Shown: one piece after another, positions 37,744 to 50,322 of the stretch
Numbering within the stretch: the first letter of the stretch is position 1
How the letters are laid out: every line of letters starts with the position of its first letter
NCBI RefSeq assembly: GCF_006345805.1
Contig: NC_042998.1
Span: 203,422,001 to 203,486,000, forward strand
DNA from: Octopus sinensis
Taxonomy: Eukaryota
DNA: 64,000 bases
Reading direction: 5' to 3'
Translations under genes and position numbers: made by a program
The notes under the pieces: model-generated
Told to the model about the DNA's origin: nothing
Databases searched by the model: none
What the model saw: the letters and a program-made list of their open reading frames with translations, nothing else

Positions 37744-38987
37744 TTCGTGTGTTGTTTGTTTCTGTGTATGTACCTCCACCATCGCTTGAAACCGATGTTG
37801 GTGTGTTTACGTCCTCGTAACTAAGCTGTTTAATAATTGGCACCGATATAATAAGTACTAGGCTCACAAAAAAAAAATTCCAGGGTTGATTTGTTCTACT
37901 AAAGGCGGTGCTTCAGCATGGTCGCAGCCACTTGACTGTAGCGAGTAAAACAATAAACAAACTATGCCATTTTAATCCCGAGCTACGCCGGGTATCTCCG
38001 CTAGTATATGCAACGGGCTTCCAGTTTCTGTCACTTGTCCAAGACGCCACGCAGTAGGACTGAACCCAATAGCATATGGTTGAGAGGAAACTTTCTTACC
38101 ACACAGCCACGACTAAGCCTTTATTTTTATCATCATTATCTAACGCGTCTTTCCATTTGTAAGATGACAGGGTGTTAAATAAGGGAGATTGGGTAGCTAT
38201 TTCTAGCAGGCAATTTACATATTGGTTTTCAAATTTTTGCTCAAGGGCAGCAATTTCGGGGCAGGGGATAAGTCGATAACATTAACCCAAGTACTCAACT
38301 GGTACTTATTTTATCGACCTCGAGAAGATGAAAGGCAAAGTCAACCTCAGCGGAATTTGAACCCAGAACGCAAAGACGGAGGAAATGGCGCTAAGCATTT
38401 TGCCCGGTCTGCTAGCGATTCTGCCAGCTCACCGTCTTGAGACCGATTTTCATATTAAACACATTCCTGGCAACCAGCAACGGATACAGTATTTTGTTTT
38501 ACCATAATTGGTAAAGGTTTACTAGTCAACATTGTGTCTTACTTTTTGTGTTAGCATTGCGATATTCCCATTTTTAAGTTTGTCTGCTCTCAGTCCCTGC
38601 TTCGGGCATCTACTCATGGTACATTGGTCAATATTTACGAGAGACCCTTAAAAGACATTTTTTTACATAGACGTATTCGCTTGCGAAATGTCCTGGCTCT
38701 GAATTCACTAGAAAATCTGAAGAGATAAACTTCTTTCGGTTTCCGTCTACCAAATCCACGCATAAGGCTTTGGTCGGCCTGGGGATATTGTAAAAGTCAC
38801 GCAATGTGATTGAACCCGAAAACTCGTAGTTTCATACCATACAGCCGTGCCTGCACCTATTTGCGTTCGTGTTTATTTTACTATCAATACGTGCCCTACA
38901 TACTCACTGAGAGAACATATGGCGCAGAAACTCACAGAACAGAGGTGCCAAAGGGAGAGATAGGTTGCACGTAGGATTAGTTATAAA

Positions 38988-39221
38988 GGCGGCGAGCTGG
39001 CAGAATCGTTAGCACGCCGGGCGAAATGCTTAACAGTATTTCGTCTGCCGTTACGTTCTGAGTTCAAATTCCGCCGAGGTCGACTTTGCCTTTCATCCTT
39101 TCGGGGTCGATTAAATAAGTACCAGTTACGCACTGGGGTCGATGTAATCGACCTAATCCGTTTGTCTGTTCTTGTTTGCCCCCTCTATGTTTAGTTCCTT
39201 GTGGGCAATAAAGAAATATGA
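38988..39221 (+). mobile_element. SINE family A with 12-bp TSD
   Basis: attagttataaa at 38976-38987 and 39222-39233. Confidence 0.92.
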
Positions 39222-39284
39222 ATTAGTTATAAACCTATTTGAATTTTATTCGAAGATTTGCAAAAAGAAGTATTTGTAGAAGGC

Positions 39285-39480
39285 TGTGGTTAGTGTGTTG
39301 CATCTACGATCGCAACATTGTGGTTTCGTCCCGTATCGAGGGGTGCGTTGTGTCCTTCAACAAAACGCTTCATTCCATTTTGCTCTCGTCTGTTCAGTTG
39401 TGAATGAGTGAGCCACCTTCGATGGATGAGTCCGCTGTCAGTGGGGATTGAGTTGCGATCTCGGTTACTGTGTTGCATAG
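39285..39480 (+). mobile_element. Old tRNA-headed SINE (family F)
   Basis: gtggttagtgtg...ggtttcgtccc...ttgtgtccttcaacaaaac; related decayed copies at ~3600-3790 (-) and 52930-53420 (+). Confidence 0.55.
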
Positions 39481-40108
39481 ACTTATTCGTTTGCGAAATC
39501 TGGTCCTAGGAGTCGAGACGTTAATGACCAAGGGCTAATGATGATGATAATGATGATGATAATGACAACGACAACGACGATTACGGCGACCACGATGATG
39601 ATGATGATGATGATGTGTAATAAAAGTTCTTTTAATCTGTTCCAGCATGTTATTAATAGACTTGCTTGAAATAACAACCAGATCTCTGTAAAATTATACA
39701 TTACAGCAATGGTTGCCATATCATTTTATCACGAAGCCCTGAAACTCATGGCACTAATTCCTATATATTAGGGGGTGGGGACATCCTGTTCAACCTTAAT
39801 TTCAATAAGATATTAGAGAAAATAAAACATGTTTCAGAGTAAATATGCGTGTGTGTGTGTGTGTGTGTGTGTGTTGTATAAACACACACATATGTATTCA
39901 TAGGTTTTTACAAGTAAGAGGCTGGTTGTGACTTCGACGTATCAGGTTCCACGCTTTTGTCAGATTGGTTGACGATGTTGTTGGCGAAAGCGAGCACGCC
40001 GAAACTTTCATGTCTCAGTCAACCTTTGACTTTTGAAAGTTTATTAAGCATCTACCGTTCTGAAAAAGTATTACGTAATTCTTCAGTTTAATCAGCTTAA
40101 TGCTAACT

Positions 40109-40139
<31 letters not shown>

Positions 40140-40224
40140 TGTGTGTTGTGTGTGTGGTGTGTGTGTGTTGTGTGTGTGTGTGTATATACATTTGGTCGAC
40201 AGAAACCGAGAGATACCTGTCGTG

Positions 40225-40272
<48 letters not shown>

Positions 40273-40506
40273 ACTGCCCGAAATGGTCGTGACTTCTGGA
40301 ACTTGACTGAAGAAAGAAAGCCACGAATGCCCCGTCTTTTCTTTGCCTGTCCTTCTAATTGTTGTTTCTCTTCTCCGCCTTTGTATCGTCTGTCTGTCGA
40401 ACATTTTAATGTCCTCTATTGCGTTTATACATACATACATACATACATACATACATACATGTGTGTGTGTGTGTGTGTGTGCGTGTATGTATATATATAT
40501 ATATAT

Positions 40507-40562
<56 letters not shown>

Positions 40563-40621
40563 CATATATATATATATACATATATATATATACATACATA
40601 TATATGTATGTATATATATAT

Positions 40622-40813
40622 TACACGTTTCAATCATTTCACTGTAGCCATGCTGGAGCATGGCCTTTAGTCGAAGTAATCGACCCCAAGACTTAGTCTT
40701 TGTAAGCTTAGTACTTATTCTATCGGTCTTTTGCCGAACCGCTAAGTTTCGGGGATATAAACACACCAACATCGGTTGTCAAGCGATGGTGGGGGGACAG
40801 ACAGAAAGATACA

Positions 40814-40907
<94 letters not shown>

Positions 40908-41070
40908 GACGGACTTCTTTCAGTTTCCGTCTACGAAATCCACTAACAAGGCCTTGGTCGGCTCGAGGCTATAGTAGAAGACACTTGCCCAAGGTTCCAT
41001 GCAGTGGGACTGAACCCGCAACCATGTGGTTGGGAAGCAAACTTCTTTCCACACAGCCACTCCTGCACCT
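40622..41070 (-). mobile_element. SINE family B, full length
   Basis: Head, body and tail collinear with 6896-7312. Confidence 0.85.
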
Positions 41071-41509
41071 ATGTATGTGTACGTGTATGTACCCCACCAA
41101 AGCTTGACAACCGGTGTTCGTGTGTTTACGTACCCTTAACTTAACAGTTTGGCATAGAAGACCGATAGAATGAGTAGCTGGCAGACTTAAAAAATATGTG
41201 CTGGAATCCATTCATTCAAGGCGGTGCTCCAGCATGGCCGCAGTCTAATGATTGAATCAAGTAAAACTACAAAAGAAGATATTGAAGAAACCATACTCCT
41301 AATGTGGATTTTTCGCGCGTGTAGCGAAGTTCATTTGTATTTGTCAGGTTGGGTACAATAAACAAAACCTTCGTTATTGACTGGATACTTATCCACGCCC
41401 GCCATCACCACCATCACCATCACCAACACCGTTTCTCAGTGTGAAGCACTGTGGTGCCGTGTAGCAAACTTTGGTCCACATTTCCTTGAAGATAGCAGAT
41501 ATCCAGTAA

Positions 41510-41676
41510 CAGTGTATTCCAATGGTTCGAAAACTTTTCACTACTAAGGACTCCTTTTATGTGAGTGAGTTTTCCCACGGACTCCAGGACATTGAAAGGT
41601 CTGTACCCCCCAGTACTACCTTTAAGGACCACCAGCGGCCCGGCCCGGCCCGCAGACCACAGGTTAGGAACCACTG
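41510..41676. mobile_element. Possible hAT/Charlie-like MITE relic
   Basis: Ends cagtgtattccaa ... ggttaggaaccactg; gcccgcagaccacag subterminal motif; no 8-bp TSD found. Confidence 0.35.
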
Positions 41677-41849
41677 GTGCATTCTATAACTTTCATTTCC
41701 TAGAATTGAATCATTCGCAACAGCAATAACCGAAGCCCGTGGTTACAAGATGGAGTAACTACTACACATATAGTGACCATCACTCATATAGTAAGACAGT
41801 CCAGTTTAAAGAGACATTGTTTCAACAAACTGGTGTGTTCTGCGATATA

Positions 41850-42342
41850 CCGTAAATCCTTGAGTATAATACGCAGGGGATTTTTAGGGGCTGTACCTAA
41901 ACCTTGTGTATAATACGCACGCCTTCTCTAACTTGAGTCGTGCGTAATTAAACCAGCAGCACCTGGTCGAACAAACACTTCCGCGCATGCGTAATACAAT
42001 AATGGTGGTGTTCTTAACTGTTATATGGGAATGTAAATATGTTTGCAAATTGTTTTTGTTATATGTTATTCTGTGTTCTGAATACTTTTATTTTAATAAA
42101 TGTTGCTTACTGCAAGTTATGGATGATTCTTTTATGACTTCATTGCTTTCAGGCTCAGCTTAAGGTATTTTCCCGCCCGACATTACAAAATGCGTCTGAA
42201 TAAACATTGCTGGACAGCAAATAGAGACTCAGACATTGCTTAGAAAATAATTTTCTTTTTTAACCTCGTATATAGTACGCACTAGGGATTTTTACCATTA
42301 AGTTTTGGGGGGAAAATGCGGATTATACTCGAGGATTTACGG
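41850..42342. mobile_element. Tc1/pogo-type MITE, 493 bp, TA TSD
   Basis: TA|CCGTAAATCCTTGAGTATAATACGCA ... TGCGGATTATACTCGAGGATTTACGG|TA, 2 mismatches in 26 bp. Confidence 0.85.
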
Positions 42343-43624
42343 TAGTAAGATAGAGTGATCACATCCCTAGCTTAAGACCGAGCAGTTTTTAAAAATAAAA
42401 CCCAAAACATCAGTTTTTGCTGTTAATCCCGGTTTAGTGCCAATAGGCAATGCATTTTGCAGAAGGCTTTCACTTCCTGTGACGAAAGCTTTCACCTCCT
42501 GTGAATGCCACCAATTCACTTCGCTCAGATGGAATAAGGATGGCAATGAAAATAAATGGGTGCTTTTATGTGGTCGCTCGACCTACCAGACATAGCAACC
42601 ATGTATCCTGCAAATTACATCTACCGTCTTAAAAATAGAGCGTTGTGTAATGATATCGTCTGTCAAAAAAGACTAGCTGGTCAAATCTGGAATGCCTTTG
42701 ATCATAGATCTACTTATTTTGGGCTGACACGGGATTAGGCGGCAGCAACAAAAGAAGAAATTCCACAAGGAAGGTATAAAGATCAATGTTTAATATATAA
42801 ATATTCTAGGTGAGGGCTGGACCCATTTTCATAAAGATCCGATTTACGAACACCAGGTGGAGGACGAGGAGAGCCTCTCCGTTGTTACTCGCCCTGCTAG
42901 ATATAGCTGCCATATCTCCCTTAAATTACTGCCAATCTCATCTAACAAAAGAACAGGATTGTCATGGCTGGAACACTTAATTTATCTTAGTCCTGCTTCA
43001 TCAGGTCTGACCTAGGGCTAAACAACCGTGGCAATGACGAAATTTTTGTACAGGTTTTTTTTATTGCAAACTCAGCTTGGTTCTCTCTGGAAGATTTCGT
43101 TTCTGTAGGCGTGAATGTATTTGAGTGCAGCGTGCAGATTAGTTAATCTCACATCTCACCCCATTTCTTTTATAATAACCATTTTATCATTTCAAATAAA
43201 CCAGCAGACGACATACTTTGAGAGTCTCGCCTTGAATAAATATCGTCTGACGGCGAATTCAGGTTTCTCCAAATTTTGTTGACCGATATAAGTACGCACA
43301 CACACACACACATGAATAAGTATATATATATGTGTGTGTGTATGTATATATTATATGTTATGATGTATATTTGATTGTGTTATATTATAGCTATGAAACT
43401 TGAGTAGCGCCTAAATCCCTAGTCTAAATAAATAAATAAATATATTATTACAGTTTTTGTTTTTTAAAAAATAATGCACGAAGCACTGTAAAATGTGAAT
43501 TTGGAGAGAATGAGGAAGATGCTATAATGCACACGCGTTTGTGTGTATGTGTGTGTATGTGTGTGTGTGTATTCATGTACGTACGTACGTACGAATCTAC
43601 GTACATCTATATACACATTAATAA

Positions 43625-43847
43625 GGCGGTGAGCTGGCAGAATCGTTAGCACGCCGGGCGAAATGCGTAGCCGTATTTCGTCTGCCGTTACGTGTTCTGG
43701 GTTCAAATACCGCCGAGGTCGACTTTGCCTTTTATCCTTTCGGGGTCAATAAAATAAGTACCAGTTACGTTCTGGGGTCGATATAATCGACTTAATCCCT
43801 TTGTCTGTCCTCTCTATGTTTAGCCCCTTGTGGGTAGTAAAGAAATA
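43625..43847 (+). mobile_element. SINE family A with 16-bp TSD
   Basis: tatatacacattaata at 43608-43623 and 43848-43863. Confidence 0.92.
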
Positions 43848-44079
43848 TATATACACATTAATACCTATACATACTATACATACATTCTAGGATTGTCTCA
43901 AAAGAAATGCAAAAGTGGAGATATTTGTTTATTTATGAACTCGCATGGGTCATTCTAATTGCACACACGTTGGTAGAGTAACTGTTCCTCTTCAGTAAGA
44001 CTTTTTTCTCTTCTTCATTGCAGGAAAATAATCGATTTGGAACAGAAAGAATATAGAAGGAATATATCATTGTGGAGAT

Positions 44080-44390
44080 TCTGGCAAGGAGCGTAACGGA
44101 TGCTGTCTTTCATCCACAGACCTTTCTGATCTGGTAGCCATTAAGAGGAATAAACCGAACAACGGTCTGAAAAGAAACTACATTCATTAGACATCTTCAG
44201 CAACAAATCACGCAATCGACAAATCAGGTTGGTCAGTGATTCTCCATCCTCCTTACTGGCCGAATCTGATACCCTTCGACTTTCAGCCGTTCAGTCTAAT
44301 GAAGGTCAGCCGTTAGGTTAACGCTTTGATGAAACGGATGGGGTGAAAGTGGCTCTGAAGAAGTAGGTACAATCGTGCACATCTGAATGG
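44080..44390 (+). pseudogene. Mariner transposase C-terminal relic
   Basis: KSGWSVILHPPYWPNLIPFDFQPF resembles mariner LGWEVLPHPPYSPDLAPSDYHLF. Confidence 0.7.
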
Positions 44391-44435
44391 ACGCTAGCAA
44401 ACTTATGCATGTACGTACATACAAACAGTCAGTAG

Positions 44436-44620
44436 CCATGATAGATCGTTAGCCACTACACAAAATGTTTTCTCTCCTTGTTTATTTTTTTCTGTGCCCC
44501 TTTCTGTAGAAAAGCGTAGGCTCGAAACGTAAAAGACTTTTTCTATTCCTGAGCGTTAATACATCTGTTTGTTTTCTACACCACCTGTCTTCGTCTTTTG
44601 TTTTTTTCGTAAACTTTCCC
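44436..44620 (+). mobile_element. Penelope pseudo-LTR-like unit carrying a variant hammerhead-like motif
   Basis: Reverse complement of the tandem units at 46318-46720. Confidence 0.55.
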
Positions 44621-44739
44621 TACATACAAACATACATACATACATACATACATACATACACACATACATACATACATGCATACATACATACATACATACA
44701 TACATACATACATACATACATACATACATACATACTTAC

Positions 44740-45987
44740 TTTTATATCCTTGTATGTTAGAGATATAAGTTAACGAAGCAGTAGGGAAGAAAGTAATCAC
44801 ACGACGCACTACTATTACTATTGCACGAGACTCAACGCTCTCAATCACGGCTCACAGTGAACTGCTACCAACCCGAACTGCCAGTCGCTCACAGTTCTTT
44901 GTTTTATAACAATGAGTCAGTTCACCTTTAGTCACTTGTGGGTAGGATCGGAATCCTTCCACAACATCTCCCCTTTTTAGAATCAGCCATCCCTCATTTC
45001 TTCCCTTTTGAGAATTGAACTCCGCTCGGAGTTTTAACATCTCTTATGCTTAAGGTTCAATTCCAGTGTTTCTTTTCTTTTCTTTTCTGTTTTCTGGTGC
45101 TAAAACGCGTAGTTTAAAATTGTTTGGGTGTTGATACCTCAAACGTGTTGTACAATACTTCCACAAAGATTTCATTTCATTTTCATTTCCCATGACTGTT
45201 TTTTTCTGTGAATCTTTTTTAAGTTGGTTAATGTCTTTCATGTTCGACCTTTTTTCCTTTTACCAGGAATAACATTCTTCCAATTTGTTTAATAATTACA
45301 CTGTCCTCCAAACTTTCTTTACCATACCTAAAAGTTTTTAAAAAAACTTTGTCACATAACTTGAAGAATTTTGAAGTATTTTTGTTGTTCACCTTTTTAT
45401 ATTTTCACTCGGTATCAGCTTTTCAAAGACGGATCTGATCTTTCTAGCAAACATCGATTCTGTGGGTGACATTTCAGACGGGGGATTCGGATTAGGCGTT
45501 CCTCAGAGCAGTCTTAGAAATTGCTGGAGTGTAAAATCGTCCATCACTTCATTATTCGTCTTTTTGAACGCCCCCTTGAAAGTGTCAATAAAATGCTCTG
45601 TATTTCCATTTAATCGAGGATGATATAGCGGAGTGGTGACGTGTTCGATGACGAACATTTTACAAAATTCTCTGAACTCGTCTGACGTAAATTGACTTCT
45701 CCATGTTAAACAATTTTTTCTTTGGTTTTAAACGTCCAACGTAAGCTTCGAACAACTCATCGCCACTTTTATATCCTTGTATGTTAGAGATATAATCTAA
45801 CGAAGCAGGGTGAAGTATCTAAATGATGCACTACTATTACTATTACACGAGACTCAACGCTCTGAATCACGGCTCACAGTGAACTGCTACCAACCCGAAC
45901 TGCCAATCGCTCAAAGTTCTTTGCTTTATAACAATGAGTCAGTCCACCTTTAGTCACTTCAGGGGTGGTTGGAATCCTTCCACAACA
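44740..45987 (-). mobile_element. Internally deleted Ty3/Gypsy LTR retrotransposon
   Basis: LTRs 44740-44966 and 45767-45987; TSD CTTAC at 44735-44739 and 45988-45992; PBS-like gTGGCGATGAG at 45756-45766; PPT AAAAAGGGGAGA at 44967-44978; integrase relic QFTSDEFREFCKMFVIEHVTTPLYHPRLNGNTEHFIDTFK. Confidence 0.92.
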
Positions 45988-46237
45988 CTTACATAGATAT
46001 TTATGTGTGTATATATGTATGTATTATATACATATAAAGGCTAGTAGAATTAGAGGTTGGAATAACCGTCTAAGGGATAAAAGATATCCATTTTACTACC
46101 GATATAAATACCTATGTTAACTCTGGGCATACATATGCAAGCATATTATGCTAATAGGTTACAGGCAATGACAAAGATAAACATGAGTTTATCCGGAGTC
46201 AAATTTAAAGTAAATATTTTCTTCATTTTCTGTTTAC

Positions 46238-46317
<80 letters not shown>

Positions 46318-46321
<4 letters not shown>

Positions 46322-46720
46322 AGAGTTCACAAAAAAAACAAAAACAAAAGACGAAGGCAGGTGGTGTACAAAACAAGCAGATGTATTAGTATAACGCTCA
46401 GGAATTAAAAAAGTCTTTTACGTTTCCAGCCTACGCTCTTCTACAGAAAGATACACAGAAAAAAAACAAGGAGAGAAACAAGAAGAGAAAAAGAAGAGAA
46501 AAAATGTGTGTAGTGGCTACCGACCTATCATGGCGACTGGGTGTTTAAACAAGAAACAGATGTATTAGTTTAACGGTCGGGAAGTGAGAAAGTCTTTTAC
46601 GTTTCGAGCCTACGCTCTTCGACAGAAAGGAACACAGAAATAAACAGGGAGAGAAAATAAAAAAAATAATAAATAAGGTTTAGTGGCTAGCGATCAATCA
46701 TGGCGAATGCCGGACATACG
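46318..46720 (-). mobile_element. Tandem Penelope pseudo-LTR-like units, each with a variant hammerhead-like motif
   Basis: Motifs at 46415-46450 and 46594-46629, 179 bp apart; next to (TA)n. Confidence 0.55.
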
Positions 46721-46804
46721 GAAATCAAATGGAAACAATAAATTTGTATTCATCTCTCACATCTTATTTTATAGTTTGTGTGTATATATATATATATATA
46801 TACA

Positions 46805-47062
46805 TATCTGAGACCCCCTTCGGTCACGACACTGACCATGGGATTGCACCTAGAAAGTTACCCTCCCAGGGCAAATCCGGAAAGGTTTATGCATACCGGC
46901 CTCCCCTCTCCACGCCACCAGTGTTATCCAAGGGAAAGGCAAAGCAAAAAGGATGAAAGGCAAAGTCGACCTCGGCGTAATTTGAACTCAGAACGTAGCG
47001 GCAGACAAAATACCGCTAAGCATTTCGCCCAGCGTGCTCACGTTTCTGCCAGCTCGCCGCCT
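46805..47062 (-). mobile_element. SINE A head (46948-47062) joined to a different tail
   Basis: Tail ends gtcgtgaccgaaggggg, resembling the SINE C end gtcgtaaccgacggagtg. Confidence 0.55.
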
Positions 47063-47507
47063 TGCTTACCTTTACACGCTTACCTTTAACGAGATTCTAA
47101 GGCATAACCAGCGTTCCATGATGTGTGACAAAGCTATGTCTTTTGAATTTAAGTACAATCCACCGGACGTGACTCTGTTCACTTCCGTTCTCTCCAATTT
47201 CTCTCTTAATGTATGGGCTCTAGAAAATTACACTTAAACAAGATGCCAAGCTGTGGGATCGACCTCTGGATCTCGTCGTGGCGAAGCGAACTCCTTAACC
47301 ATTTGGCTATACTACGCTGACATTAAGAAGTATAGTGCATAACAGAAACGAAGGCACATAAGGAATGAATGATGTGAGTGAGTCAGGATGGTATGTAGAA
47401 ATATGTCAGTCGAAGATGTTTGCTAAAATTAACAGAAAGTTATAGAAGTTGATATCAACAAGTTCATATTTCCTGCGATAAGCTAGAATCCATTTCCACC
47501 AAAATAT

Positions 47508-48010
47508 GGCAGGCGCAGGCAAGGTTGTGAGCTGAAGGAATTCATTTCGCAACCACACGGTTTCATATTTTGTGTACCAGTGAGCCGAATCGGTAGCAAG
47601 AGTCTTCTACCCGGGGCGAGAGTGAATTTGGTAGCTGTGTGGAAATCCGTCGTTTGCTTCCCAGCCACGTGGTTCCGGGTACAGTCCCAGAGCGTGGTGC
47701 TTTGGGCAAGTGTCTCCTACTATGGCATCGAGCTGACCAAAGCATTGTGAGTGGATTTGGTGGATGGAAACTAAAAGAAGCCCATCGAATATATATGTGT
47801 GTGTGAGTGTTTGTCCCCAATCATCGCTTGACAATTGGGGCTGGTGTGTTTACGTTCCGGTAACATAGCGGTTCGACAAAAGAGAGCGATAGGATAAGTA
47901 CCAGGCTTTCAAAAACAACAAATATGTACTGCGGTCAATTCATTCGACTAAAAATTCTTCAAGGTGGTGCTCCAGCGTGGCCGCAGTCTAAGAAGGGAAT
48001 CAAGTAAAAG
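47508..48010 (+). mobile_element. SINE family B, rearranged copy
   Basis: Two head-like segments followed by body and tail. Confidence 0.7.
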
Positions 48011-48023
48011 ATTAAATGGTATA

Positions 48024-48678
48024 GGCGGTGAGCTGGCAGGAATGTTAGCATACCGGTCGAAATGCTTTGCAGTATTTCGTCTGTCTTTACGTTCTGAGTT
48101 CAAATTCTGCCGAGGTCGACTTTACCTTTCATTCTTTCGGGGTCGATAAATTAAGTACCAGTTACGCACTGGGGTCGATGTAATTGACTTAATCCGTTTG
48201 TCTGTCTTTGATTGTCCTCTCTGTGTTTAGTTCCTTGTGGGTAGTAAAGAAATAGTATTTCTCCTGTCGCTACGTTCTAAGTTCAAATTCCGCCGAGCTC
48301 GACTTTGCCTTTCATCCTTTCGGGGTCGATAAATTAAGTACCGATTTCTTTATTACCCACAAGGGGCTAAAAACAGAGGGGACAAACAAGGACAGACATA
48401 GGTATTAAGTCGATTACGTCGACCCCAGTGCGTAATTGGTACTTAATTTATCGACCCCGAAAGGATGAAAGGCAAAGTCGACCTCGGCGGAATTTGAACT
48501 CAGAACGTAACGGCAGACGAAATACCGCTAAGCATTTCGCCCGGCGTGCTAACGTTTCTGCCAGCTCGCCGCCGTACCAGTTACTCACTGGGGTCGATGT
48601 AATCGACTTAATACCTATGTCTGTCCTTGTTTGTCCCCTCTATGTTTAGCCCCTTGGAGGTAGTAAAGAAATAGGTAT
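48024..48678. mobile_element. Nested cluster of three SINE A copies
   Basis: 48024-48254 (+); second + copy split into 48255-48342 and 48574-48678 by a full - copy at 48343-48573, with duplicated GTACC. Confidence 0.9.
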
Positions 48679-48889
48679 ACGGAATGGTTTCGACTGGGAC
48701 GTCTTTGAGCACTGGTGTGATTGGTCCGAGCCTAAACAGCCAGTTAGTCACAGGTCATAGGTTAGCTAGCAGTGTCCACTTCGAGCCTTCCTGCATGTCT
48801 TACTGCTGATGTTTTGGCTTTAAACAAACTTGAGGCAAATTCAAAAATGGTTGAGATGCATTTCAACTTCTCACTACAATTCGTTATTA

Positions 48890-49205
48890 TGTGTGTGTGT
48901 GTGTGTGTGCAAGCGTACGTGCGTGTGTTCGAGTGTGTGCATGTGTGTGTGTGTGTGTGCGTGCATGTGTTCGTGTGTGTGTGCGTGCGTGCATGTGTTC
49001 GTGTGTGCGTGTGTGTGTGTGTGCGTGCGTGCATGTGTTCGTGTGTGTGCAGGTGTGTGTGTGTGCATGTGTTCGTGTATGTGCATATGTGTGTGCGTGC
49101 ATGCATGTGTTCGTGTGTGTGCATGTGTGTGTGTGTGTATGCGCACGTTCATGGGTTCGGGTGTGTGTGTGTGTGCGTGCGTGCATGTGTTCGTGTGTGT
49201 GCATG
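48890..49205. repeat. (TG)n array with recurring gcatgtgttcgtg unit
   Basis: Direct reading. Confidence 0.9.
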
Positions 49206-49525
49206 TGTAGTTAAAATCCAAGCTGTGTCCTCTTGAAGTACATGTACTTACTTTAGTATTTCAAATCCGCATGTAGATGGTTACATTTGTGTGATGTATG
49301 CGTGAGAGTTAAAAATTCTGGAATACGTTTTTTGCAGATTAATAATATCAACACAGGAGATGGAACATTTTTGGGTATTACATATTCACCATTACACGTG
49401 TTTCATTTGCTAACAGGAGTTTCAAAATTGTACAAGTAGTAGAAAACAAGTAAAATATCTCCGATTAGAAATTCTTCAGACAGAGAATCAAATGACACAA
49501 AATTTACACTTGAATGAAACGTTTG

Positions 49526-49584
<59 letters not shown>

Positions 49585-50276
49585 TTTGACTACAGGAAAT
49601 CTTTATAGGATCGATACATATCAAAGTGAAGCACGCCACAAACTGGTTGGACAGAATGACCCACAACAGAGGTAATTAATCCATTATCATGGCGCAGAAT
49701 GCATTAATGAAGGGAAGTTCATTGTTCAGTAATTCACGACTCCAGTAGTAGCCAAGAAGAATCTAACGATGAATGGAACATTATGCATGGCATAAAAACA
49801 TATTGACAAAAACATGAAAGGCTTATATGATGCTGCTACAATTGTTTCGTTAAGAATTTTTTATTGTCGTGACGTAAGCATTCTGCACAACTCCCAGAAG
49901 AAGACATAATGTTATGCAACAGGCTATTAAACAGAAAAGCGAGCGGTGACATTTTGACTAATCAACGGATCGTCAACGATTGATTAGCATGTCACTGGTC
50001 GCTTTTTTATTTGGTCGCCTGATGAATTGGGATTTGCGCAAAATATTACGTAATCTTATGGATGTTGTGCATAATGTATATCTGATTGTATTATCCTTTC
50101 ATTACACTGAAGACTTTTAATGAAACGATTGTAGCAGTACTAGATACACTATTCAATTGTTTTCATCTCGCGTATACACACACACACATACGCACGTACA
50201 CACACACACAGGTATAGATACACATCCATGCATACATGTGTGTATGTATGCACATCCTCGCGCGCACACACATACA

Positions 50277-50322
<46 letters not shown>

